A DNA stretch of 20,611 bases from Cyanobacteria bacterium J06626_4 (lineage in GTDB: Bacteria; Cyanobacteriota; Cyanobacteriia; Phormidesmidales; Phormidesmidaceae). The notes beneath the pieces are model-generated. The model ran no database searches and had not been told where the DNA came from. It saw only the letters and a list, made by a program, of their open reading frames with translations. Below are positions 20,454 to 20,611 of this stretch, in pieces. The translations under genes were made by a program, and so were the position numbers. The stretch's first letter is position 1; each line of letters begins with the position of its first letter. The DNA is taken from positions 1-20,611 of the forward strand of contig JBCBJQ010000104.1 of NCBI GenBank assembly GCA_038523235.1, written 5' to 3'.

Positions 20454-20611
20454 GCAGATCGTTCAAGAATTTAGCCAGGATCGGCATAGCGGCGGCTTTG
20501 AGTCAGACAAGAGAGTTGCTTGCAAATAACTTATCCAGGACTTACGCATTGACAAAATCACCAAAACCATAATTCAAGCGGTGCTACCCATCAGCGGTGC
20601 TTGGAGGATGA

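Noticed and set aside
20549..20573. TTGACA...CATAAT sigma70 promoter
   Set aside because: The spacer is only 13 nt.

Overview
Chromosomal window from a cyanobacterium: about 24 HIP1 octamers (GCGATCGC) by manual count, plus cyanobacterial-type TetR, HppD, TspO and kinase genes. Moderately high GC suggests a Leptolyngbya/Nodosilinea-like lineage (inference). It opens inside a proteobacterial-type polyol operon (smoEFGK ABC importer plus NAD-dependent mannitol 2-dehydrogenase). A branched, REP/MITE-like inverted-repeat element lies between the second permease and the ATPase. Next come an intergenic stretch with an NtcA-like box and a perfect 34-bp palindrome, a membrane hypothetical and a TetR regulator. 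These are followed by a truncated hspA (Hsp20) that keeps its RBS and K-box-like motifs, hppD, uvrA, a Ser/Thr kinase-TPR gene and an orphan sugar ABC permease. The last part holds a small accessory patch (lipoprotein, low-GC S1-fold gene), tspO, a RidA-family gene with an apparent signal peptide, and a LysE exporter. No rRNA, tRNA, CRISPR array, transposase or integrase was seen. The most notable items are the polyol operon in a phototroph, the apparently exported Rid protein, the hspA microprotein remnant and a candidate NtcA-controlled small RNA.
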